NCBI GenBank assembly: GCA_027623675.1
Contig: JAQBVF010000004.1
Span: forward strand, 32,001 to 96,000
Length of the DNA stretch: 64,000 bases
Source: Chloroflexota bacterium
Lineage (GTDB): Bacteria; Chloroflexota; Dehalococcoidia; Lucifugimonadales; UBA3495
Reading direction: 5' to 3'
Positions 29,129 through 38,010 of the stretch are shown one piece after another (the first letter of the stretch is position 1; every line of letters starts with the position of its first letter). Under the pieces are notes generated by a model. It had not been told where the DNA came from. It saw nothing but the letters and a program-made list of their open reading frames with translations, and did no database searches. Position numbers and translations under genes: made by a program.

Positions 29129-29848
29129 TCACCGGCCGCGCCCGTCGCCCCACAGAATGATGTGCAGCCGGGTGGTGAATCGGAACCCGTGCTTTGCGCA
29201 CACGTCAGGCAGCCACGAACTGTTCCTCGCCAAGGCGGCTGGCGTCCGGCCCTCGGGCATCAGGAGGACCCGCTCCGACGGCAGTCCGTATTTCTCCTGC
29301 AGCGCGCACACCTCGGTAACATCCTGCTCCCCGGTCACGACAAATTTGAAGTAGGCCGTCGGCAGTTGGGCGAACGCCTCCAGGGCTTGGGGAATCTCCC
29401 GCGCCTCGGGTGAATTGCTCGAAGTGCGCAGCTTGGGGGACACGTTCCATTGGCTGATGTGCCTCAGCATCCCCGGCAGTGGCGCGATGGTCCCGTTGGT
29501 CTCGACTTCGAAGGTATAACCGGCCGCGGCCAGCGATTCGGTCAATGGCTCCAACTCCGCTTGTTGCAGCAAGGGCTCGCCGCCGGTTATCACCACGTGA
29601 GAGCAGTCGAACGCCCGGATGCGCCGCTCTAGATCGGCCGCGGTCAGCTCCATCACCTCGGTCTGATAATCGAAGTTTTGCCAGTCCCAGGTGTATTTGG
29701 TGTCGCACCAGGCGCAGGCCAGATTGCAAGTGGCCAGGCGCAAGAACACCGAGGGGACGCCCATGGAGACACCCTCGCCCTGAATGGAGTGGAATATCTC
29801 GGGTTTGCCTCCTGAGCGTCGGCTTACTTTTAGCATCAACGGCGGCAT
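29129..29848 (-). CDS. queE: 7-carboxy-7-deazaguanine synthase QueE (radical SAM)
   Basis: EIFHSIQGEG, CNLACAWCDT, TGGEPLLQ, ETNGT, VSPKL, RLHIILWG. Confidence 0.95.
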   Translation of the reverse strand: MPPLMLKVSRRSGGKPEIFHSIQGEGVSMGVPSVFLRLATCNLACAWCDTKYTWDWQNFDYQTEVMELTAADLERRIRAFDCSHVVITGGEPLLQQAELEPLTESLAAAGYTFEVETNGTIAPLPGMLRHISQWNVSPKLRTSSNSPEAREIPQALEAFAQLPTAYFKFVVTGEQDVTEVCALQEKYGLPSERVLLMPEGRTPAALARNSSWLPDVCAKHGFRFTTRLHIILWGDGRGR

Positions 29849-29851
29849 CCC

Positions 29852-30583
29852 CTAGTTGGGCAGGGCCGGGTCGAGATAACCGGCGTCCCTGAAGCCGTTG
29901 GCCCTCAAAATGCAGCTATCGCACCGCCCGCAGGGGACCTCCTCCCCTTGGTAGCAACTCCAGGTGAGCTCCAGAGGAGCGCGGAGTTCAATGCCCAGCC
30001 GCACGATATCGGCCTTGGACATCGCGATTATCGGCGTTTCGATCTGCAATGGGACCTGGTACTCGGTCCAGAGCTTGCTGCCGTAGCCCAGGGACTCGCC
30101 CATCTTCTCGAAGAATTCGGGACGGCAGTCGGGGTAGCCGCTGTAATCGACGGCGTTGGGGGCCATGTAGAGCATGGCTTGGACGTCGGCCGGAGAGACG
30201 CCTTCGATCTCGATTGCGTGCAGCGCCTGGCTCTCCAGGTAGGCGGCGGCCAGGGCCAGGAAGATGGTGTTGCGCAGGGGCACATAGGTGATGGGGATGC
30301 TGTTGCCCATCTGGGCAGCGTCGCGGTCTTCGGGCATGGGGAAGCGGCCGGGGTTGGTGAGGGCCGAGTACCACGCCACCTTGCCCAAGAAAGAGATGTC
30401 CATCAATTCCTGGGGAATGGCCAAAGAGCGGGCAACCGCCTCGGCGCAATACACCTCTTTGCTGTGGACCTGGCCGTAGTGAAAAGTTAGGGCCGACAAG
30501 TGGTCGGTCCTGTCCTTGGCGAAGGCCGTAACGGTGGTGGAGTCCAGCCCTCCGGACAGCAGGCTGATGCCGTAGCTGGGCAT
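29852..30583 (-). CDS. queC: 7-cyano-7-deazaguanine synthase QueC
   Basis: LSGGLDS, TYVPLRN, DYSGYPDCR, TWSCY...PCGRCDSC. Confidence 0.96.
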   Translation of the reverse strand: MPSYGISLLSGGLDSTTVTAFAKDRTDHLSALTFHYGQVHSKEVYCAEAVARSLAIPQELMDISFLGKVAWYSALTNPGRFPMPEDRDAAQMGNSIPITYVPLRNTIFLALAAAYLESQALHAIEIEGVSPADVQAMLYMAPNAVDYSGYPDCRPEFFEKMGESLGYGSKLWTEYQVPLQIETPIIAMSKADIVRLGIELRAPLELTWSCYQGEEVPCGRCDSCILRANGFRDAGYLDPALPN

Positions 30584-30587
30584 GGAC

Positions 30588-31007
30588 TTAGCTGCCCCCG
30601 TGGTATTCGGCGTATTGGTTCACCGACTCCCAGAGCCGGACCTTGGCCGGAGTGATGCCGCATAGTTCCACCGTCTTCTCGTACAACTCCCGGCTCATTA
30701 CCTCGCAAGACGGGTTCTGGTCTTGGAACTGGTAAAGCCGCACCAGGCTCGTGTTGGCGAGCCCGGCGATGAGTTCGCTGTCTCTGCTATTCACCAAGAA
30801 GGCGTGGTCCCAATTCTCGTCCACCCACGATTTGACCCGGTCCTTGAGGCTGGTGAAATCGTAGACCAGGCCCAGGCTGTTCAAGACCGGCGACTCCAAG
30901 AAGACTTCGGCCCGGTAGGTGTGGCCGTGGGGGTAGGCGCATTTGCCTTGATAGTCCAACAGGCGGTGGCCGCTGTCAAAGGTGAATTCGATTCGTATCT
31001 GGTACAT
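30588..31007 (-). CDS. queD: 6-carboxytetrahydropterin synthase QueD
   Basis: FDSGHRL..Y.GKC..PHGHTY, DF, WDH, NPSCE, LWES. Confidence 0.93.
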   Translation of the reverse strand: MYQIRIEFTFDSGHRLLDYQGKCAYPHGHTYRAEVFLESPVLNSLGLVYDFTSLKDRVKSWVDENWDHAFLVNSRDSELIAGLANTSLVRLYQFQDQNPSCEVMSRELYEKTVELCGITPAKVRLWESVNQYAEYHGGS

Positions 31008-31037
31008 AGATCGGGGGTGGGGTCTCAACCGCGAGGG

Positions 31038-31472
31038 TTATTTGCTGTCTTTGGCGCGGTTATATTCCACGGTCACCGCGGTATGCAATCCGCCACGGAC
31101 CTTGTAGTCCAGGGTGATCTTCATGGATTGGGGCTGGCAGACGGCCACCAGGTCGTTGAGTATGCGGTTGGCGGCATGCTCCTGGACGATGCCCACGTCC
31201 CGGTAGGACAGCAGGTAGAACTTCAGCGATTTCAGCTCGATGCAGGAATCGCTGGGGACGTAGAAGATGCGCAGGTCACCGTAGTCGGGCAGTCCGGTCC
31301 ACGGGCATACGGCGGTGAATTCGTCGGTGTCTATCTCAACCTGGGACTGCTGGTCGGGGTATTCGTACCGGAAGGTGAGCAGGCATTCGGGGTTGATCGC
31401 CTCCTCCCCCTTGGCCGGCAGCTCCTGGTCCAAGCCTTGGTACTGTTCTTTCAAATCTCTGATGGTTGCCAT
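31038..31472 (-). CDS. queF: preQ1 synthase (nitrile reductase QueF, type I)
   Basis: EFTAVCPWTGLPDYG, ELKSLKFYLLSYR, EH, VRGG; GGAGG SD. Confidence 0.95.
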   Translation of the reverse strand: MATIRDLKEQYQGLDQELPAKGEEAINPECLLTFRYEYPDQQSQVEIDTDEFTAVCPWTGLPDYGDLRIFYVPSDSCIELKSLKFYLLSYRDVGIVQEHAANRILNDLVAVCQPQSMKITLDYKVRGGLHTAVTVEYNRAKDSK

Positions 31473-31537
31473 GCGCGCCTCCGTGGTGCCGTCCCGTTGG
31501 GTATCGTTCGCTTGATGTTCGCCGGGGCCTGGCAATA

Positions 31538-31567
31538 ATGATAGGTGGCTAGGCTGAGGGGTGTCAA
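31538..31567 (-). promoter_or_regulatory. Sigma70-like promoter of que operon
   Basis: TTGACA-N18-TATCAT on the minus strand. Confidence 0.6.
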
Positions 31568-31644
31568 AGCGTGTTGCGCGGTCCGGTGGCCGGAGATAAG
31601 ATACGGGCACCCTGGTTGGAGTCCGGTTGGGAGAGCATATCGCC

Positions 31645-32175
31645 ATGGCTCAAGCAGGCCTCGAAGCCCATTCGTTGAAAGGTTTGGACGCCATGTCCAT
31701 AGAGCAGGCACAGACGCTGTCTTTCCAAGAACGAGATGCACTGCTGGACCTGATCATCGCCGATGGCCGCCACGACGCCACCGGGGCGGTCTCCTACCGC
31801 TCGGGCATGTACACCGATTACTTCGAGGAAGACCTGACCCGGATGCTCAAGGTGAAGGCGGTCAAGGTCTACGTGCGGGGCACCACCTCCTCTAACTTCG
31901 ACGGACAGGTGGTCGGCGTGACCTTCATGGAGCAGTACCGGGCCTGTTTCCGGCACGTGGAGACCACGCTTGCGGCGGCCAGGACCAACTTTAGCCGCGT
32001 GGTCAATATGGTGGTCTTCCTGACGAACATAGATAATTGGGCCAAGTTCAACGAAGTGTTCCGCGAGTTCGTGCCCAACCCGCCCTGCCGAGCCGTGATT
32101 GGCGCCACCGGACTGGCCCAAAAGGCCATCGCCATCGAGATAGTCGACTGTTTCGCCTACCGGGTGGCGGACTAA
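31645..32175 (+). CDS. RidA/YjgF family protein with N-terminal extension
   Basis: EQYRACF..V...L...VVFLT...FNEVF.EF....PPCR..IG...L....IEI; start uncertain. Confidence 0.8.
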   Translation: MAQAGLEAHSLKGLDAMSIEQAQTLSFQERDALLDLIIADGRHDATGAVSYRSGMYTDYFEEDLTRMLKVKAVKVYVRGTTSSNFDGQVVGVTFMEQYRACFRHVETTLAAARTNFSRVVNMVVFLTNIDNWAKFNEVFREFVPNPPCRAVIGATGLAQKAIAIEIVDCFAYRVAD

Positions 32176-32262
32176 GTATTACCTGGTTTAACCTAAAACC
32201 GCTGCGCCTGCTGGGCGGCGGACCAGGCGCTTTCGAGAATCGAAACTGGATTGGAGGCAGAC

Positions 32263-32700
32263 ATGGCTAACCTGACATTGGCCTATAAAGTGCGCGGCTA
32301 CAGCACCGGCAACCTGGGCCGGGCCATCTGCAACGCCCGGACCCATCATTTTGTCGCTGACGATGGCGGCGGCGATGAAGTCGGCGCCGGCGAGTTCTTC
32401 TTCTCGGGCATCTCGGCCTGCGCGGTGAACATGGTGGAGCGCATCGCCGATCGAGACAAGATCGCCTTGGACTGGATGGACGTCAGCGTGGAGTCCTACC
32501 GCGACTCGGATGCCGACCACGGCGACCTGTCGCTCTACGACGCCATCCGGATCAAGTTCGAGATGTGGGGCGTGGACGACGAGGACGCCCAAAATCTGGT
32601 GGAGACCTGGAAAAAGCGTTGACCGCTTTACGGTTCGGTCGCCGTGGCGACTGCTGACACCACCGTGGAACTGGTCCACCATAGTGAAAAATATCGGTAG
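32263..32700 (+). CDS. OsmC/Ohr-like protein, predicted selenoprotein (U120)
   Basis: GISAC first Cys; in-frame TGA at 32620-32622 in KKR-U-PLYGSV, where the family has a C-P motif; frame continues to TAG 32700; SECIS-like hairpin follows. Confidence 0.85.
32623..32670 (+). promoter_or_regulatory. Bacterial SECIS-like element (OsmC-like gene)
   Basis: GTCGC-CGTG-GCGAC apical hairpin with GU at +22/+23; lower stem TTTACGGT/ACCGTGGA. Confidence 0.65.
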
Positions 32701-32783
32701 CTCATCCGGCCGGCGGTTGGCCGCCGGCAGCCAATAGCTAATTGCCAACCAAACGGCTGATGCCTGTCAGTCAGAGAGGATAT

Positions 32784-33719
32784 ATGCGAATCTGCTCTTT
32801 CCTGCCCAGCTCCACCGAGATGGTGTACGACCTAGGTCTCCAGGACCAACTGTACGGCGTGACCCATGAGTGCGACTACCCCCCCGAGGCGCGGAACAAA
32901 CCGCATGTGGTCCATAGCGTCTTCGAAGGCCAGGAGCCGACCAGCGGCGAGATCAGCAAGGTCATCTCCGAGCGTTTGGCCCAGGGCTTGGGCATCTATG
33001 AGATAGACACCAGATTGCTGCAGGAAGCCGAACCGGACCTGCTAATAACTCAAGCCATCTGCGAGGTTTGAGCAATCTCGTCTCGGCAGGTGGCCGAGGT
33101 TAGCATCGGACTGGCAAAGCAACCGGAGATCTTATCGTTGGACCCGCTTCATATCGGCGACGTCGTTGAAGACCTCAACCGCCTTGGACGCGCCACGGGC
33201 ACCGAGGCCAAGGCGGCGGAAATCACCGCCGGACTCACCGCCCGGATCGAAGCGGTGACCCTGCGGGCCAAGGACGCCGACAAGCATCCCAGCGTGCTCC
33301 ACGTGGAATGGGCGGAGCCGGTGATGTGTGGTGGCCATTGGGTGCCCGAGATGACCGAGTTGGCCGGCGGGACCAACAGTTTCGGCGACAAAGACACCGG
33401 GACGCTGAAGCTGGATTGGGACGAGGTATTGGCCAGCCAGCCTGAGGTCATCATCATGATGCCCTGCGGCTTCGACGTTAAGCGCGGCCTGGAAGATGTG
33501 CCGCTGATGGCCGCGAAAGAGGGTTGGGCGTCGCTGCCGGCAGTGAGGAACAACCGTGTCTACGTGGTTGACGCCGGGGCCTACACCAGCCGCTCCGGCC
33601 CAAGGCTGGTAACCGGCTTGGAGATCATGGCTGAGATGATTCACCCCGAACTGTTCTCGGGCATGATTCCGGAGGGGGCGGCGCTGCGTCTCTTCGGTGA
33701 CCTGGCCAAGACGAGCTAG
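32784..33719 (+). CDS. BtuF/TroA-like cobalamin/Fe-siderophore-binding fold protein, predicted selenoprotein (CxxU, U96)
   Basis: MRICSFLPSSTE, GVTHECDYP, TQAICEV-TGA-AIS (family pattern TQxxCxVCA), GHWVPEM, MPCGF, SRSGPRL; both track ORFs share one frame. Confidence 0.88.
33072..33104 (+). promoter_or_regulatory. Bacterial SECIS-like element (BtuF-like gene)
   Basis: TCTCGGC-AGGTG-GCCGAGG hairpin, loop GU at +19/+20 after TGA. Confidence 0.65.
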
Positions 33720-33756
33720 TTCATCGGCGGTCCCTGGCCGACGGCCGCAAGAATCG

Positions 33757-34428
33757 TTAATTAAGGCGCGGCCCTTGAAACGGGTTCTGCTTGGTGACGC
33801 GCTCCCGCAGTGCCTCGTTGCCCTGCCGTAGCAGGGGTATCAGGTCCGACAGGCGGGTGGCTGCCGTCTCGGTCACCAACAGGCTCTGACGCAGGTGTGT
33901 CTCCAGTTCCAGGTTGGCGGCGATGGCGTAGGACAATTCGATGGGGTCTTCCGGGATGGCGACCCTTGATGTGTACCCGCCGGTGAGCGCGGTCAGGTTA
34001 CGGACCAGTGCCACGTACTCGTCGTTGACCTGGGGCACGAGATCGGCACATCCCTCGCCTGCCAACTCCACCAGATACCGCACCCGACCAACGATATGCG
34101 GCACACGCTGGACAATCTCCTCGATCTCGAAACGCCTCTGGCCCTTGGTCAGGATGTTCATGCGCCCCTGGTCCAATAGCTCGGAACTGAGTATCCGGGT
34201 AGACGTGCCGATGCGTTCCGGCTCGGCCGGCGAGCCGACCTCCAGACCTTCCTTGATCAACACGACTCCGAAAGGCGCATCATCTCTGAGGCACTCCCCA
34301 ATCATGTTCTGGTAGCGCTCTTCAAAGATGTGGAGCGGCAGGTCCTGGCCCGGAAACAGCACCAGGTTCAATGGGAATAGTGGGAGGTCGGTCAATCCGT
34401 CTCGGGACTCTGGCTCACGTTGTTCCAT
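33757..34428 (-). CDS. Stand-alone Lon protease N-terminal substrate-binding domain protein
   Basis: LPLFPL.LVLFPG..LPLHIFEERY...FGVVLI..G.EVG. Confidence 0.92.
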   Translation of the reverse strand: MEQREPESRDGLTDLPLFPLNLVLFPGQDLPLHIFEERYQNMIGECLRDDAPFGVVLIKEGLEVGSPAEPERIGTSTRILSSELLDQGRMNILTKGQRRFEIEEIVQRVPHIVGRVRYLVELAGEGCADLVPQVNDEYVALVRNLTALTGGYTSRVAIPEDPIELSYAIAANLELETHLRQSLLVTETAATRLSDLIPLLRQGNEALRERVTKQNPFQGPRLN

Positions 34429-34471
34429 AACTCTTCGAGTATATTACCTGCGTTCGCGCCAGAACAAGATT

Positions 34472-34819
34472 CTAGCGTCGGTTCTTGGCTCCACGGACCC
34501 TGAAACCGGTGGGACCTTTCTGATGGCGGGCCCACCGCAGAAAATTGGCGACATCGGCGTCGGCCCGCAGCGCATCGATGGAATTCAACTCTTTGGCCAA
34601 TGTGGACTCGGAGAACATGGCGTGGATTTGCCGGTGACACGTGGGGCAGAGCCTGGCTTGAGGGCCGAACCTGCCGCCCCGCGACCGGGGAACCAGGTGA
34701 TGAGTGGTGAACCGCGGCGATTCCCGGCGGCATAACTCGCATACCTGACGATTATGCGCTGGCCGCGTTTGCTCCGTGACCTCGGTCTGTACCGAATCGG
34801 CGGAGTTTCGCCGCGCCAT
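34472..34819 (-). CDS. Small HNH endonuclease-like protein
   Basis: CELC...TTHHLVPRSRGG...LCPTCHRQIH. Confidence 0.85.
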   Translation of the reverse strand: MARRNSADSVQTEVTEQTRPAHNRQVCELCRRESPRFTTHHLVPRSRGGRFGPQARLCPTCHRQIHAMFSESTLAKELNSIDALRADADVANFLRWARHQKGPTGFRVRGAKNRR

Positions 34820-34822
34820 GTA

Positions 34823-35308
34823 TCAGGATTTGTCCGGCACTTCCAGGAAGCGCCATCCCGGAAGGTCAACCTGCCAGTCCTCGTCCTCCCACAACATGGG
34901 AAGGATCAGGCCGTTCATGGCCCGCCCGTGTTCAACCTCGGTGGTGTCGCTCTCCATCCCGAAGGGAAGAAAGGCGAAGGCGTGGATATCGTCCAGATAG
35001 CTGGTGGGCGAGATCCCCAGGTCCGTCAGGTCCTCCAGCGGCCAGAGACTTAAGACAGTCTTCCGAAAGTCGTCCAGCATGGCGGGCCGCAGCGGATGGT
35101 CGTCGTTGTAACCGGCGCGGTAGGCGTCTTGCATATTGATGTGGTTGCGCGTCGCCCACACGCCCATCCGCATGCCGCGAGTCTCCTTGGAGAGCATGGA
35201 CCAGGCCAGGTCCATGTCGCCGTCTCTGACAGCCTCGGCGAAGACCCCGGCCCGGCTGCCGCAGCTATCGGGAAATGGGCTTCGTTTTTCTCCTGGTATG
35301 CGCATCAA
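34823..35308 (-). CDS. Hypothetical protein
   Basis: Co-oriented with ggt and the HNH gene, short gaps, host-like codon usage. Confidence 0.65.
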   Translation of the reverse strand: MMRIPGEKRSPFPDSCGSRAGVFAEAVRDGDMDLAWSMLSKETRGMRMGVWATRNHINMQDAYRAGYNDDHPLRPAMLDDFRKTVLSLWPLEDLTDLGISPTSYLDDIHAFAFLPFGMESDTTEVEHGRAMNGLILPMLWEDEDWQVDLPGWRFLEVPDKS

Positions 35309-35346
35309 TGGTCCTTTGACTTGTTATCGGCAAAAGTGATTGGGGC

Positions 35347-37077
35347 CTACCAACCGACAGCATAGCCGTCGCGGCGGGGGTCGGCGGCGCCGTGCAGGGC
35401 GCCCGTATCCGGGTCAACCTGAATCATCATCTCACTGCCCTGTGCGCCCCAATCGGACATCATGTTCAACCGGTGGCCCCGGCCCTCAAGCCCGGAGCGG
35501 ACACCGGCATCGAACCGGGACTCCATATGCAACAGATTATCACAGACATGGGGAACGTTAGACTCGGTCGGACTGTGGGAATTTCGCCAGCGGGGGGCCT
35601 CCACCGCCTCGGCCACGGTCATGCCAAAGTCGATAAGATGGGTGATCACCTGCATGTTGGTCTGCACCTGGGTGTCCGCGCCAGGGGTGCCGCAAACCAG
35701 CGACAGCCGGCCATCGCCGCCGGCAGCCCCTCCTGCGTTCTCATTGGACGCCGGACCATTGCCTTTGAAGACCATCACCGGGTTCATGGTGTGGCGCACG
35801 CGCTTGCCGGGTTGAAGGCAGTCCACGTGCTCTGGGTCCAAGTGCCAGTAGGTCATGCGGTTGTTCAGCAGTATTCCGGTGTTGCCCGCCACGATGCTGG
35901 ACCCCAGGGAACTCTGGATGCTCTGGAGCTGGCACACCGCGTTGCCCCATCGGTCAACGATCACGAAGCAGGTGGTGTCTTCTTCCTGGACTGCGCCGGT
36001 TGTCACCCGTCCCGCGCTTCCAGAGCCGTTCTGGTAGGCCCAGGGGTCGCCGTGGGCCGGGTCGGCCGCCCGGTTGGGGTCGATGAGCTTGGCCCGCTCC
36101 TTGGCGTACTCCTTGGAGATCAGGCCCTGGGTGGGGACATCGGTGTGGTCCGGGTCGGCCATGTAGGCCTCACGGTCGATGAAAGCCAGCTTCTTGGCTT
36201 CCACCATCAGGTGGATACTCTCTGCTGAGTTGCAGCCCATGGCCTGGAGGTCGTACTGCTCCACCATGTTCAATTCTTGCAGCAACACGTGGCCGCTAGA
36301 GTTGGGCGGCGCTTCGTATACCGTGTGCCCCTTGTAGGTGGTGGAGATTGGTTCCTCCCAACGAGAACGGCAACCCGCCAGGTCTTTCATCGACAGGATG
36401 CCCCCCTGCTCCTGAATGAACCGGACCATCGCCTGGGCAATCTCACCCTCATAGAACGCGTCCCGGCCTCCGTCCACGATGGCCTGGAACGATTTGGCCA
36501 GGTCTTTCTGGTAGATGATCTCTCCCGGCTGGAATGGTTTTCCGTCGTGTGTGAAGATGGCCCGCGATGTGGGAAATTCACACAGCAGAGGGTCGCCGGT
36601 AATCACGCCGGACAAGACGTGCGTCACCGGAAAGCCGTTTTCCGCCAGGTCGATGGCCGGGGCGAACAGCTCGGCCAACTTGAGCGTGGCGTATTTCTCA
36701 TGGGCCGCCATCCAGCCGTCCACCAGTCCTGGCACCGACACCGACATGACCCCCATTTGGGGGATGCCGGTCGCCTGGTAACTTGCCAGGTCGGTGGCGT
36801 ATGGCGCCGCCCCGGTGGCGTTACAGATGTCGATCTTATTCTGGGCTTTGTTGTAGATCATGATGTAGCCGTCGCCGCCGATCCCAGACATATTGGGTTC
36901 GACCACGTTCAGGGCTGCGGCGGTGGCGATGGCGGCGTCAACCGCGTTCCCGCCCTTCTGCAGCACCGACATGCCGGCCTGGGCGGCCAGCGGGTGCCCG
37001 GCGCAAACCATGCCGTTCTTACCCATGACCACGGGCCGGTTGGACTCAAACTTAACGCCGTGGGGTGACTGCACCAT
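35347..37077 (-). CDS. ggt: Gamma-glutamyltransferase family protein
   Basis: GGNAVDAA, SGIGGDG, VPGLVDGW, PPNS, EDTT nucleophile, LNNRM, GTPGAD.Q, AADPRRDG. Confidence 0.93.
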   Translation of the reverse strand: MVQSPHGVKFESNRPVVMGKNGMVCAGHPLAAQAGMSVLQKGGNAVDAAIATAAALNVVEPNMSGIGGDGYIMIYNKAQNKIDICNATGAAPYATDLASYQATGIPQMGVMSVSVPGLVDGWMAAHEKYATLKLAELFAPAIDLAENGFPVTHVLSGVITGDPLLCEFPTSRAIFTHDGKPFQPGEIIYQKDLAKSFQAIVDGGRDAFYEGEIAQAMVRFIQEQGGILSMKDLAGCRSRWEEPISTTYKGHTVYEAPPNSSGHVLLQELNMVEQYDLQAMGCNSAESIHLMVEAKKLAFIDREAYMADPDHTDVPTQGLISKEYAKERAKLIDPNRAADPAHGDPWAYQNGSGSAGRVTTGAVQEEDTTCFVIVDRWGNAVCQLQSIQSSLGSSIVAGNTGILLNNRMTYWHLDPEHVDCLQPGKRVRHTMNPVMVFKGNGPASNENAGGAAGGDGRLSLVCGTPGADTQVQTNMQVITHLIDFGMTVAEAVEAPRWRNSHSPTESNVPHVCDNLLHMESRFDAGVRSGLEGRGHRLNMMSDWGAQGSEMMIQVDPDTGALHGAADPRRDGYAVGW

Positions 37078-37244
37078 GATGATGGTCTCCTAGAAGTACT
37101 CCCCTCTCTCATGGCAGAGGGGGTGGATGGGTGTAGCGATTTCGCAGGCAGGGATGGCGATCCAGCGCGTCCCAGCGAGTCAATGAAAAATGGGCCTCAG
37201 AATTCTGAAGCCCATCTTGGTCTCTTTAGTTGTGGTTGCTGTGC

Positions 37245-37619
37245 CTAGTGGCTGCCGCAACCGCCGCTGCCGCAACCGCAGCCCCCGCCGCCGCTGCCAC
37301 AGCCGCATCCGCTGCCGCAACCGCCAGAGCTGGCGAACATGGGGTTGTTAATCACGAAGCCCACCTGGCCGCCCAGGTTCTCCACGTAATCGATCGTCGC
37401 CTCTTCCAGGAAGGGCGCGCTGTCTGAGTCCATGAGGAAGTTGACTCCCTCTTTGGCCAAGACCGTGTCGTCAGCCTGGGTCTCGGTCTCCATGGTCAGC
37501 ATATATTGAAGTCCGCCCGTTTCAGCGGGAATGGCGACCACCCGCAGCGAACCATCAGTTTCACCCTGTTCGTGCATGACTTCCTTGAGCTTCTCGATGG
37601 CGAGGGTTGTTACTTCCAT
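37245..37619 (-). CDS. HesB/IscA/ErpA-like Fe-S carrier with Cys/Gly-rich tail
   Basis: LRV, Y.L, D.DS...L....IDY......GF.INNP; tail GGCGSGCGCGSGGGGCGCGSGGCGSH. Confidence 0.85.
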   Translation of the reverse strand: MEVTTLAIEKLKEVMHEQGETDGSLRVVAIPAETGGLQYMLTMETETQADDTVLAKEGVNFLMDSDSAPFLEEATIDYVENLGGQVGFVINNPMFASSGGCGSGCGCGSGGGGCGCGSGGCGSH

Positions 37620-37815
37620 TTCCTGTTCTCCTTGGGAACTTTCCGGGAGACCGTCTGGCGATCGACGCCATTTAATCTCTAGGTGTTAAAGCTAACACAG
37701 ACGGAAATGTCCAGTCAACGCCGGGACGGGTCTGGCAGAGCCACTCTGATCGATCATTCTAAGTGCCCTCAGGGTGAGGCACGGCGCGTCGGGACACAAA
37801 CGTGTCAGACCCGCG

Positions 37816-37845
37816 TTGACACTCTGTAAAGCGCGTTTCTACACT
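37816..37845 (+). promoter_or_regulatory. Sigma70-like promoter of protease-capsid operon
   Basis: TTGACA-N18-TACACT. Confidence 0.65.
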
Positions 37846-37921
37846 CAATCTCAGCAGCTTAGACCACATACCGCACAGGCGTCCGGACTTTGGTCCGGAG
37901 ACAGGATCTTGGCAGTTTTCC

Positions 37922-37960
37922 AAGGGGACCGACCCTTAAGGGTCGGTCCCCTTTTTTTGG
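37922..37960 (+). terminator. Leader terminator/attenuator upstream of protease-capsid operon
   Basis: GGGGACCGACCC-TTAA-GGGTCGGTCCCC-TTTTTTT, about 50 nt before the start codon. Confidence 0.8.
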
Positions 37961-38010
37961 ACCACCACGCATCAGATTAATGAAATTGATTATTGATTTA
38001 AGGAGGGGAA

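Noticed and set aside
31473..31540. preQ1 riboswitch upstream of queF
   Set aside because: No class I stem with an A-rich tail or other recognisable aptamer is seen.
32742..33719. BtuF-like, OsmC-like and GrdB-like genes as pseudogenes
   Set aside because: No frameshifts or other stops, intact motifs on both sides and SECIS-like hairpins in all three favour Sec recoding.
34472..34819. HNH protein as the phage packaging HNH partner of the terminase
   Set aside because: It lies in the ggt/Lon-N host gene run and resembles the small cellular HNH type; nothing links it to the head modules.
19770..37845. 18-nt promoter spacer as a phage-module-specific signature
   Set aside because: The que and hesB-like promoters also show TTGAC(A/T)-N18 spacing, so it is a general host feature.
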